From positions 1-37,640 of IMG/VR virus record IMGVR_UViG_3300025572_000006: a stretch of DNA of 37,640 nt, one strand, 5' to 3'. Position numbers and translations under genes: made by a program. Below the pieces are notes generated by a model, which saw only the letters and a program-made list of their open reading frames with translations, searched no databases and was not told where the DNA came from. Source of the DNA: a virus. Numbering within the stretch: position 1 is the stretch's first letter; each line of letters begins with the position of its first letter. Positions 7,616 through 14,416 of this stretch are shown in pieces.

Positions 7616-7644
7616 AGTATACGAACACTGTTCGCAAAAATCAA
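7616..7644 (-). promoter_or_regulatory. Sigma70-type promoter with an embedded palindromic operator
   Basis: On the minus strand: TTGATT, 17-nt spacer, TATACT. The spacer contains the palindrome CGAACA-G-TGTTCG (7622-7634). Confidence 0.6.
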
Positions 7645-8035
7645 CAAAAAATGCTGCAAAACGTAATTTTTTCATGCTCAAAAACCCACGTGATTTCAAG
7701 TACTTATGCTGCCTGCGCGAATAAGATCAGCGCTTTGATCTTATTTTGATACGTCCTGGCGGTCTATTTGGCGGGCATGGGTATATCTATATATATAATC
7801 AGTCACGAATAAGACTGAAAGCAACCTGCAACTGTTCGCCGTTCCGGCACTGGATACCGAACACGTCCAAACACCATTTAATGTTAGAGCTTATTGTTTC
7901 AACTTTATCGTCGTGTGATCGAACAACACGCCCCGTGTATCTTTGTAAACAAAAATTATTTTCGCGCATGAAGCGTTTTGATGTTCACCCATTCACAACA
8001 AGGCGCCTTGTCGATCGCTTTGTTATCAAAAACGA

Positions 8036-8215
8036 TCAACAAACACCGTAGCTGTTATCCAATGAGCGACAAACCAGCGGCGAGATGTCGATATGTATTG
8101 TCATTTGCCGGCGGTCTCGCGACCAACATTTCCGACACTTCGGACACACGAGCGAGTTTAGTTTCGGAATCGGTTTCACATACCTTCTGCAAAACGGACA
8201 TCGTGTTGAGCGCAT
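8036..8215 (-). CDS. Putative small zinc-ribbon protein (59 aa)
   Basis: The internal ATG at 8215 follows the preceding stop (TAAGATG). CPFC-x16-CPKC motif. SD is weak. Confidence 0.3.
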   Translation of the reverse strand: MRSTRCPFCRRYVKPIPKLNSLVCPKCRKCWSRDRRQMTIHIDISPLVCRSLDNSYGVC

Positions 8216-8216
8216 C

Positions 8217-8339
8217 TTACATACCGAGCGGCGTTGAGATAGCAAACGCCCACAACATTGAAACCGCAACAACCATGAAAATGATCGCGGTACAAACGAT
8301 GATGACGTTGATTGCGAGTTCTCGGAGTTTTGCGATCAT
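8217..8339 (-). CDS. 40-aa single-pass membrane peptide
   Basis: MIAKLRELAINVIIVCTAIIFMVVAVSMLWAFAISTPLGM. SD is GAGGA. ATGA overlap with the upstream 49-aa ORF. Confidence 0.45.
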   Translation of the reverse strand: MIAKLRELAINVIIVCTAIIFMVVAVSMLWAFAISTPLGM

Positions 8340-8485
8340 TTCCTCGTCCCCAAAATTCTCTCAATCATTTTAATCCGCTCTTTGATTCCAGCAATTCGCT
8401 CTTTCGGTATCTCGCCAGCGATCTCGTAGAACTGAATCACTGAACGAATCTCATCAATCAAAACTTCCGCGGCGGCTTTCACCAT
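8336..8485 (-). CDS. 49-aa hypothetical protein
   Basis: MVKAAAEVLIDEIRSVIQFYEIAGEIPKERIAGIKERIKMIERILGTRK. Its start overlaps the upstream stop (ATGGTGA) and its stop overlaps the next ATG (ATGA). Confidence 0.45.
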   Translation of the reverse strand: MVKAAAEVLIDEIRSVIQFYEIAGEIPKERIAGIKERIKMIERILGTRK

Positions 8486-8811
8486 GCGGTCCATATCGGC
8501 TCCATGAGCGGCATTGTGGCAATGAGCACAGTTAAGTGCGATGCTTGATCAAGCCCGATCACGACAAAGAAATTATGCCGATCGCCTTTTTGGTAAAGAT
8601 ACGACGTAAGTCGTGACGTGATAGCGTCAGTCACGAAATGCGCGAGACCATTCACGACAGCAAACGCAAACCCAAGCGGCAGAAGACATGCCGTGTAGAC
8701 TGCAATATGAGCCGAAAGCCACTTCCACGACCTGCTTTTGTTTAGAGCCATCTTGTCTGTTTGCAAGATGAAATCAGCAATCCAGTGTATCCAAAACAGA
8801 AGGTAGATCAT
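8479..8811 (-). CDS. Membrane protein, DUF3307-like
   Basis: 110 aa. N-terminal 'HWIADFILQTDKMALNK' motif plus 3 hydrophobic segments. 4-nt overlap with the upstream gene. Confidence 0.55.
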   Translation of the reverse strand: MIYLLFWIHWIADFILQTDKMALNKSRSWKWLSAHIAVYTACLLPLGFAFAVVNGLAHFVTDAITSRLTSYLYQKGDRHNFFVVIGLDQASHLTVLIATMPLMEPIWTAW

Positions 8812-9056
8812 TTTGCAAACTCCTTAAGCGCCTCTTTTGCCAATTCGTTTATTTTTCGCGATCCACAATCGCATTCATCCCAGCATCCGCAGAACGTCGT
8901 GCTGATCTTTTGAAGCGCCCCGCGCAGCAGCTCTACTTGCTCTTTCAGTCGCTGAATCTCTGTTTCACGAACAGGTTTGAAGTGAAGCGTCATTTCACCT
9001 TCAACGATGCATTCGGTTCCACACATTAGGCATTTGGTTACTTCCGGCTTGTTCAT
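8808..9056 (-). CDS. Hypothetical Cys-rich / coiled-coil protein (82 aa)
   Basis: CLMCGTEC and CGCWDECDCG clusters flank a coiled coil. Translationally coupled to the next gene. Confidence 0.55.
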   Translation of the reverse strand: MNKPEVTKCLMCGTECIVEGEMTLHFKPVRETEIQRLKEQVELLRGALQKISTTFCGCWDECDCGSRKINELAKEALKEFAK

Positions 9057-9084
9057 AATTCGACCTTTCCTCGCTCAATTATTT

Positions 9085-9192
9085 TCACTTCACCTTCGAG
9101 CGTTCTAGGATTGTAGTTCGAGAAGTCAACAAAAAGACGCCAATGCAGGCGAGCAAAAACATCGTGAGAATACATTTTGTTTCATCACTCAT
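9085..9192 (-). CDS. 35-aa membrane peptide
   Basis: MSDETKCILTMFLLACIGVFLLTSRTTILERSKVK. ATGA overlap with the stop of the 73-aa gene. Confidence 0.4.
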   Translation of the reverse strand: MSDETKCILTMFLLACIGVFLLTSRTTILERSKVK

Positions 9193-9410
9193 CCCATCCC
9201 CTCACGTTCGATGCGATCAGCGAGCGCGGTACGGTCGCGCCGCTTTTTGCCCATGAGCGCGTCTACTATTTCTGTATTCTCAGCCAAGCGATCCAGCAGT
9301 CTGCTAAACCACAGCTCGAACACTCTTTTGTCAGCACTCGTGTGAAACTCTTTTGGCCCTTCGCCAATCAGATTTTTCAGTCGTTCACGGATTTCGGATT
9401 TATCGATCAT
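9189..9410 (-). CDS. Hypothetical 73-aa protein
   Basis: ORF with the SD GGGGTGAGGA. No recognisable motif. Confidence 0.55.
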   Translation of the reverse strand: MIDKSEIRERLKNLIGEGPKEFHTSADKRVFELWFSRLLDRLAENTEIVDALMGKKRRDRTALADRIEREGMG

Positions 9411-9413
9411 TCC

Positions 9414-9521
9414 TCACCCCTGTTTCGTTTCAGCGTCACCGCTCGGACACTCACACGCACTCCAGTTATCGCAAATAGCGCAGTACCTTCGATCATCTGC
9501 CATTTGAGCCAACATTCTCAT
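9414..9521 (-). CDS. 35-aa Cys-rich peptide
   Basis: MRMLAQMADDRRYCAICDNWSACECPSGDAETKQG. ATGA overlap with the C5-methylase stop. Confidence 0.4.
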   Translation of the reverse strand: MRMLAQMADDRRYCAICDNWSACECPSGDAETKQG

Positions 9522-10564
9522 GCTATGAACTCCTTCGCCGCTTTGATGAATTCCGCCGCCGCTTGGGCAACGATTGCATTGCCGTAACACCGCAATCGTC
9601 CCACTCTTTCGGGAGCCCCATTAGCCAACGGGAATGTGCCGGGTTCAACTGGCCGAAATTTCCCGTCTCGGCAAAAGATCCAGTCAGCAGGCCCCCAGAA
9701 TCCACGAGTTGCGCTTGCAAATTGAGGGATGTCAGCGACACTCCGATACTCAAGCCTGATTCCTTTACAGCTTTCTTCCTCGCCAAGAATTGCTCCGGTG
9801 TGCTGCCCGTGGCATCGTTCGCGATCGGTGATGGCCATGCCGCGAGTGACGCTATCGTGAAAAGTTTCCGACCCGTGGACTTCATCGGTTCCACTCCGCC
9901 CGTGCAATCGCAGGCCCGCGGACTCGGCCAAGTCGCAAGCGCTGCCGCTACCGGTAATCGATCGATCTCCTGATTCGAGCCGCCATTCGGCCCATCTTGC
10001 GCGCACGTTGTGGGCCACGAACCAAATTCTGGATCGGATGTGCGGCGCGCCGACGCCACAAGCTGGAAATACGATCGGCGCGATGGCGTAACCTTCTCCT
10101 TCCAAGTCAGTCGATACAATGTCGAGCCAAGCGATGCCGTCACGAGACGCAACCTGTTCGCCAAAGATTGTGTCAGGGCGATACTCTCGAATGAGCCACT
10201 GCCATGCGGGCCATAAGTGCCGCTCGTCAGAAGTCCCTTTTCTTCTGCCTGCCGCGGAGAAAGGTTGACATGGACACGAGCCAGTCCAGACCGGCTTGTC
10301 ATCGGGCCATCCTGCGAGTCGGAGCGCGTAGGACCAGACGCCGATTCCGGCGAAGAAGTGATGTTGTGTGAATCCTTCAAGATCGCTTGGTCTGACATCC
10401 CTGATATCCCTTTCATCGACTTCGCCAGCAGCGATAAGTCCTTCCTTGATGAGTTCACGAAGCCATGCTGCTGCTTTCGGATCGATCTCGTTGTAATAGG
10501 CCCTCATCGAGCGTTGTCCTTCAGAATCGTTGTCGGACCGTGAGTTACTAAATAGATGTCGCAT
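9518..10564 (-). CDS. DNA (cytosine-5)-methyltransferase (frame A)
   Basis: Motif I 'FFAGIGVWS', IV 'GSCPCQPFSAAG', VI 'FGEQV', VIII 'GAPHIRSRIWFVA', X 'YGNAIVAQAAAEFI'. The likely true start is ATG 10507 (MRAYYNEIDP...). Confidence 0.85.
   Translation of the reverse strand: MRHLFSNSRSDNDSEGQRSMRAYYNEIDPKAAAWLRELIKEGLIAAGEVDERDIRDVRPSDLEGFTQHHFFAGIGVWSYALRLAGWPDDKPVWTGSCPCQPFSAAGRRKGTSDERHLWPAWQWLIREYRPDTIFGEQVASRDGIAWLDIVSTDLEGEGYAIAPIVFPACGVGAPHIRSRIWFVAHNVRARWAEWRLESGDRSITGSGSACDLAESAGLRLHGRSGTDEVHGSETFHDSVTRGMAITDRERCHGQHTGAILGEEESCKGIRLEYRSVADIPQFASATRGFWGPADWIFCRDGKFRPVEPGTFPLANGAPERVGRLRCYGNAIVAQAAAEFIKAAKEFIA
9523..10302 (-). CDS. Nested same-strand ORF in another frame (frame B): WPxP-repeat / 'LNPAHSRWLMGLP' protein
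   Basis: Open for 311 codons (9523..10458). ATG 10302 has an AGGA 7 nt upstream. Three W-P-[ST]-[TP]-x-A-x-D-x-x-G repeats and 'QLNPAHSRWLMGLPKEWDDC' resemble TRD/motif-IX regions of phage C5-methylases. Confidence 0.4.
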   Translation of the reverse strand: MTSRSGLARVHVNLSPRQAEEKGLLTSGTYGPHGSGSFESIALTQSLANRLRLVTASLGSTLYRLTWKEKVTPSRRSYFQLVASARRTSDPEFGSWPTTCAQDGPNGGSNQEIDRLPVAAALATWPSPRACDCTGGVEPMKSTGRKLFTIASLAAWPSPIANDATGSTPEQFLARKKAVKESGLSIGVSLTSLNLQAQLVDSGGLLTGSFAETGNFGQLNPAHSRWLMGLPKEWDDCGVTAMQSLPKRRRNSSKRRRSS

Positions 10565-10583
10565 CGAACGTAATAATCATGCC

Positions 10584-10877
10584 TCACACTCCTTTAGCGC
10601 ATTCTCTGCGATCTCGGTCTTCGAGCGCAGCCTTTAAACGCTCTACTTGCGCTTGCAATTTTTCTCGTTGCTCTCGAAGCATTCCAATTTCCATGCACCG
10701 TGCGTCGCTTGGGTTCGTGAGCGCCGAAAGTTCTTCCTTCAATCGCTCGTTTTCTTCTCTCAATCGCCGGAGTTCTGATTCGCTCTTCTCAAGTTCCCAG
10801 CGTTTAATGCTGCCAAGACCCATGCAAGCGGGGCAGAAAATGAACTCATCGCTTTTGTCGGTAACGTCTCGGCTCAT
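10584..10877 (-). CDS. Hypothetical coiled-coil protein with an N-terminal CxxC (97 aa)
   Basis: 'FCPACMG' followed by heptad-rich 'ELRRLREENERLKEELSA'. 4-nt overlap with the upstream gene. Confidence 0.55.
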   Translation of the reverse strand: MSRDVTDKSDEFIFCPACMGLGSIKRWELEKSESELRRLREENERLKEELSALTNPSDARCMEIGMLREQREKLQAQVERLKAALEDRDRRECAKGV

Positions 10878-11185
10878 CGCTTTTCGCTCCCTTCCAACCC
10901 AAACAAAACACGCTCAATCGCCAATCCAAGAGTCGCATCAAGCTGTTTGTTGGCGTTTTCTAATGTCGCGTAGGCTTTAGCGAATGCCTCCCGAAACTCT
11001 TCTCGAGTCAGCGTGATCTCGCCAGGCAAAACTTCGCGAGCCAGGAAAACGCCGAAGCCGCGCTTCATCCGTTCGGTCGTCACCTCGTCCGCAATGACTT
11101 TCGTTTCGCCGAAAGCGTATTCAATCTCTACTGTCCGCCTGTTGGCGGCTGGGGTCACATCTGTCTTGGGCATTTCAAACTTCAT
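10874..11185 (-). CDS. Hypothetical 103-aa protein
   Basis: ORF with the SD AAAGGGGAG. No motif recognised. Confidence 0.55.
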   Translation of the reverse strand: MKFEMPKTDVTPAANRRTVEIEYAFGETKVIADEVTTERMKRGFGVFLAREVLPGEITLTREEFREAFAKAYATLENANKQLDATLGLAIERVLFGLEGSEKR

Positions 11186-11340
11186 CTCTCACTCCCCTTT
11201 GTTAGTTGTCTCTTTCACGTCAAAATGTTGCCTTGCTTCAATGGCCACATGCCAACAAACACCGCTCGCGCCGCTTAAACGCCAGCAGCAACCGCGTTCT
11301 CTTACATCCTTCGCGCACGCCAAAACCTTCTGGGCTTAAG

Positions 11341-11457
11341 CTAAACATAGTCTCTCCATTGCGGATGCTCGTGGTAACTCAAGGCCCACACGACAAGCGC
11401 AATCGTCACGACAAAGCCCGAACCAAAGCCAATCAAAAACCATGCGAGTGCGGTCAT
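11341..11457 (-). CDS. 38-aa membrane peptide
   Basis: MTALAWFLIGFGSGFVVTIALVVWALSYHEHPQWRDYV. GGAG lies 6 nt upstream. It starts 3 nt after the rusA stop. Confidence 0.45.
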   Translation of the reverse strand: MTALAWFLIGFGSGFVVTIALVVWALSYHEHPQWRDYV

Positions 11458-11459
11458 CG

Positions 11460-11861
11460 CTACTCCAATGCATAAAGTTCTATTTCCGTTTTCGCCTCGA
11501 GCGGCTTCTTACGATCGCCGTAAATACGCGTGGCGTGAATCACTTGAATCAAACGATCGTCTTCAATCACGCCTGCTTTCGTTAGCGCATCCTGTGGTGC
11601 CTCTAAAAGATTCGACAAATCAGGCAGCGATCGTCCGTTTTCGAGCGTGAAATGGATTTTCATTTCAAGCGGTTCTCGTATCGTATCCATTCCACGCATC
11701 GCTCGTTTCATTTCAAGTAACGCTCTTTGCTCCCATTCGTAGAATTGCGGCGTGTACACGACACGTGTCTGTCCCCATCGTCTCACAACCTTCTGTTGAT
11801 TTTTTTTAACCGCAGGTCTGCCAAGTATCGTGCATTTAAAAAGAAGACGTTCATCGCTCAT
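11460..11861 (-). CDS. rusA: RusA-family Holliday-junction resolvase
   Basis: 133 aa. 'ILGRPAVKKNQQKVV' and 'PDLSNLLEAPQDALTKAGVIEDDRLI' match the RusA catalytic D..D..DD region. Confidence 0.75.
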   Translation of the reverse strand: MSDERLLFKCTILGRPAVKKNQQKVVRRWGQTRVVYTPQFYEWEQRALLEMKRAMRGMDTIREPLEMKIHFTLENGRSLPDLSNLLEAPQDALTKAGVIEDDRLIQVIHATRIYGDRKKPLEAKTEIELYALE

Positions 11862-12048
11862 GTTGTTCTCGTTTCAGTAACTCATCTCTTTCTGCCATTA
11901 CTTCCTCAAGCCGCAGTCTTAAAGTGCAGTTTTCATCACGCAATTCCTGAACTTGCTTCTTTAGATTTAAGATTTCCAAGTCACTTCCTGCGAGCAAAAT
12001 CTTAAGCGCCTCGATGAATTTATCCCACCATCGTGTGAAACCAATCAT
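11851..12048 (-). CDS. Hypothetical coiled-coil protein (65 aa from ATG 12048)
   Basis: ATG 12048 has GGAGGG upstream and an ATGA overlap with the preceding stop. The ORF-track start at 12081 would overlap by 37 nt. Confidence 0.5.
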   Translation of the reverse strand: MIGFTRWWDKFIEALKILLAGSDLEILNLKKQVQELRDENCTLRLRLEEVMAERDELLKREQHER

Positions 12049-12236
12049 CTGCGCCCTCCGCGCTTGATTCCAATCCGCCACTTTTCCAGTTCATCAAAAC
12101 GCTTGATCCAATCAAGCATCGTCGAGTGACTAACGCCGAGCGATTTCGCCGCTTTCACGGGATTGCCTGCAAACATCTCAAGTCTTTCATTCGCAAGTTT
12201 CAGTTTGATTTCGTGAAGCGTTGGTAAGTTGTTCAT
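12045..12236 (-). CDS. Small HTH DNA-binding protein (63 aa)
   Basis: 'AAKSLGVSHSTMLDWIKRF' is HTH-like. 4-nt overlap with the methylase stop. Confidence 0.55.
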   Translation of the reverse strand: MNNLPTLHEIKLKLANERLEMFAGNPVKAAKSLGVSHSTMLDWIKRFDELEKWRIGIKRGGRR

Positions 12237-13669
12237 GCGATCTCCAACTCAAGTTGCGTTTTAAAATTCCAATCCTCTATGCGCTTCAAAGCCATTTCCC
12301 GATATTCCGGGTTTATTTCTATGCCGAGAAATTGGCGTCCGTGTTTCTTACAAACAATTCCGGTTGTGCCAGCCCCGGCGAATGGGTCAAGCACCAAATC
12401 GCCAGGTCGTGAGCCAGCGAGAATACAAGGCTCGATCAAATCTGGGGGGAATGTTGCTAGATGAGCGCCTTTGAATGGCTTGGTCGAAACCGTCCAGACC
12501 GAGCGTTTGTTCCTCGTGTTGTTGGGAATCCTCTGCCTTACTTTTTGGGCACGACCAAGTTGATGTTCCCCGGTTTTCCCAGTGTGAAACTGAGATCCGC
12601 GCCAGCCGCAAGTAGCCGGTTCTTTAATCGCCTCATTATCGAAGAAGTAACGCTCCGATTTCGCGAGTAAAAAAATGTACTCGTGCGCTTTGGTGCATCG
12701 ATCGCGCACTGATTCAGGCATCGGGTTCGGTTTGTGCCAGATCACATCCTGCCGGAGATACCACCCAGGCTCTACAGCAATCCTCGGTTCGACCATCCAA
12801 GATGGAAGATCGACATTCTCACGAGCATTCAGCTTCTGGAGTATTTCTCTGCACAGCAACTGCTTTGCGAGAGCGTCCTCTGGGATCTTTGCGCCTCGCT
12901 TCGTTTCGTAGCTGTCTCGAACGGTTTGCAGGTTGTAAGCGACAACAGCCTGCTTTCTCTTAACCAACAGGTACGGATAGATCTCGGCCAAGATGTCGGC
13001 AGCCTTCCTGCTGTGTATGCGCCACTGGTAGGAACCTCGCTGTCCGCCTTGGGACGGCGGTTCCTGCTTGGGAGATCCCTTTCCGTACCCGGTAATTTCA
13101 CAGCAGCGAATGATTGGCTCAGGGTCGCACATCCGCACCTGAAGGATTGGCGGGTAACTGTTTCCTGACCCATGCCCGGACTTGCACTCAAGCGCGGTGA
13201 TGCAACCTTCACCGTCGATCAGCGCCGCCAGCCATGCGCGGTCGATCCTGTCCTTGATCCGGACGCGCTCGTACGGCTGTTGCAGTGCGAATGCAAGACG
13301 CCAAGGAATGCCGACTAGGTCTTTAGGTTTGAGGCCATTTGGAATTTTGCAGGACTTTCCTAGCTGAAAATGAGTCCCTTTGTTTGACGATTGTTTGTCG
13401 GAAAGCTTTAACGAACCTCGGCCCTGTCCACCGGCGTAACTATCGCCAAGGTTGAGCCACAGCGTTCCGTCATCTTTCAAAACACGTCGAACTTCTCGAA
13501 ACACTTCAACTAACTTCTCGACGTATTCTTCCGGCGTTTTCTCAAGGCCGATCTGTCCATGAACTCCATAATCGCGCAGTCCCCAGTATGGCGGGGACGT
13601 AACGCAAGTTTGCACCGACTCAGACTCAAGAGTTTTCAATGTTTCTAGCGCGTCGCCGAGAAGAATCAT
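12233..13669 (-). CDS. SPPY-type (N4-C/N6-A, beta-class) DNA methyltransferase with an inserted LAGLIDADG-like module
   Basis: 'CVTSPPYWGLRDYG' is motif IV. Also 'GWYLRQDVIWHKPNPMPESVRDR' and 'VLDPFAGAGTTGIVCKKHGRQFLGIEINPEY' (motif I). About 169 aa are inserted at 12770-13276, containing 'AWLAALIDGEGC'. The start is set at ATG 13669 (ATGA coupling). Confidence 0.85.
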   Translation of the reverse strand: MILLGDALETLKTLESESVQTCVTSPPYWGLRDYGVHGQIGLEKTPEEYVEKLVEVFREVRRVLKDDGTLWLNLGDSYAGGQGRGSLKLSDKQSSNKGTHFQLGKSCKIPNGLKPKDLVGIPWRLAFALQQPYERVRIKDRIDRAWLAALIDGEGCITALECKSGHGSGNSYPPILQVRMCDPEPIIRCCEITGYGKGSPKQEPPSQGGQRGSYQWRIHSRKAADILAEIYPYLLVKRKQAVVAYNLQTVRDSYETKRGAKIPEDALAKQLLCREILQKLNARENVDLPSWMVEPRIAVEPGWYLRQDVIWHKPNPMPESVRDRCTKAHEYIFLLAKSERYFFDNEAIKEPATCGWRGSQFHTGKTGEHQLGRAQKVRQRIPNNTRNKRSVWTVSTKPFKGAHLATFPPDLIEPCILAGSRPGDLVLDPFAGAGTTGIVCKKHGRQFLGIEINPEYREMALKRIEDWNFKTQLELEIA

Positions 13670-13848
13670 GCGTTCCTCTTCATGCGTTGAATTCTCGCCT
13701 CGAGGCGAATGCATCTGACTTCGAGTTTCAAAATCCGCTCTCGTAACGTTTTGTTTTCCTCGATCGTGCGAATGAGTTCCTCGCGCAGCCAATTCATGTG
13801 CTGTTCGCGTTCATCGTTATATGTGTTCGGATGATAAACTGTTGACAT
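13666..13848 (-). CDS. Hypothetical 60-aa coiled-coil protein
   Basis: MSTVYHPNTYNDEREQHMNWLREELIRTIEENKTLRERILKLEVRCIRLEARIQRMKRNA. Its stop overlaps the methylase ATG (ATGA). Confidence 0.45.
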   Translation of the reverse strand: MSTVYHPNTYNDEREQHMNWLREELIRTIEENKTLRERILKLEVRCIRLEARIQRMKRNA

Positions 13849-14416
13849 CACAAGACCCCGGAAGTCTGAGAAATGAACTCAAAACTTCTTTTGCTGATGC
13901 GAGCTCGCCTTGCGCTTTAGGTGTTGCGCTTGGAAGGCCGATCGCGTCCGCAATCGCTTCGTCTGAATGCGTAAGCTGTGTTTTCGCAAGCTCCCGCACT
14001 TGCGCTTGAAACACGGTCGGATCAATCGAAAGGCCAAGATGTTCGCAGATGTATGACCACCCGCCTTGTTTTTGAACGACTCGCCAGCCAACTTCGCCAA
14101 TATAGGCTCGCGCTTCTTGCGGATTCGCCCATCCGAATTTCGGGACGGCCGCAGTGATTCGTGCGGCGATTTCGCGTGCAGCCGACTCAGGATCGACTTG
14201 CGGCTGAACGATCTCTCGAATTTGTGCGGGTAGCGGCATCGTGCGATTTTTCGGATTGCGTCGATACTTCTCCATTGCATCGCGCACCTGCGCGAAGTCG
14301 AGATCCGAAAGATCGTCGGCGTACATTCGCAGGACAACATCGTCCAGTCTCATGCGGTAATAGCCCGCATAAGCCGCCCAGAGGGCCGCCAGTTGATTTT
14401 TTTCAGCGGGGGTCAT
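13817..14416 (-). CDS. Replication-associated protein (possible helicase loader)
   Basis: 199 aa from ATG 14416 (SD AGGGGGTGA). It follows the initiator-like gene. 'LAALWAAYAGYY..VVLRMYADDLSDLDFAQVRDAMEKY' resembles loader/G39P-type N-termini (from memory only). Confidence 0.4.
   Translation of the reverse strand: MTPAEKNQLAALWAAYAGYYRMRLDDVVLRMYADDLSDLDFAQVRDAMEKYRRNPKNRTMPLPAQIREIVQPQVDPESAAREIAARITAAVPKFGWANPQEARAYIGEVGWRVVQKQGGWSYICEHLGLSIDPTVFQAQVRELAKTQLTHSDEAIADAIGLPSATPKAQGELASAKEVLSSFLRLPGSCDVNSLSSEHI

Noticed and set aside
7746-8373. Plus-strand ORFs 7746..8051 (101 aa) and 7978..8373 (131 aa)
   Set aside because: No SD and odd composition. They overlap coupled minus-strand micro-ORFs. 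The region is better explained as non-coding sequence plus small minus-strand genes.
12770-13276. Possibility that the LAGLIDADG insertion in the methylase is an intein
   Set aside because: No Cys/Ser/Thr at the N-terminal junction, no His-Asn followed by Cys/Ser/Thr at the C-terminal junction, and no recognisable Hint blocks. It is treated as a retained domain insertion instead.
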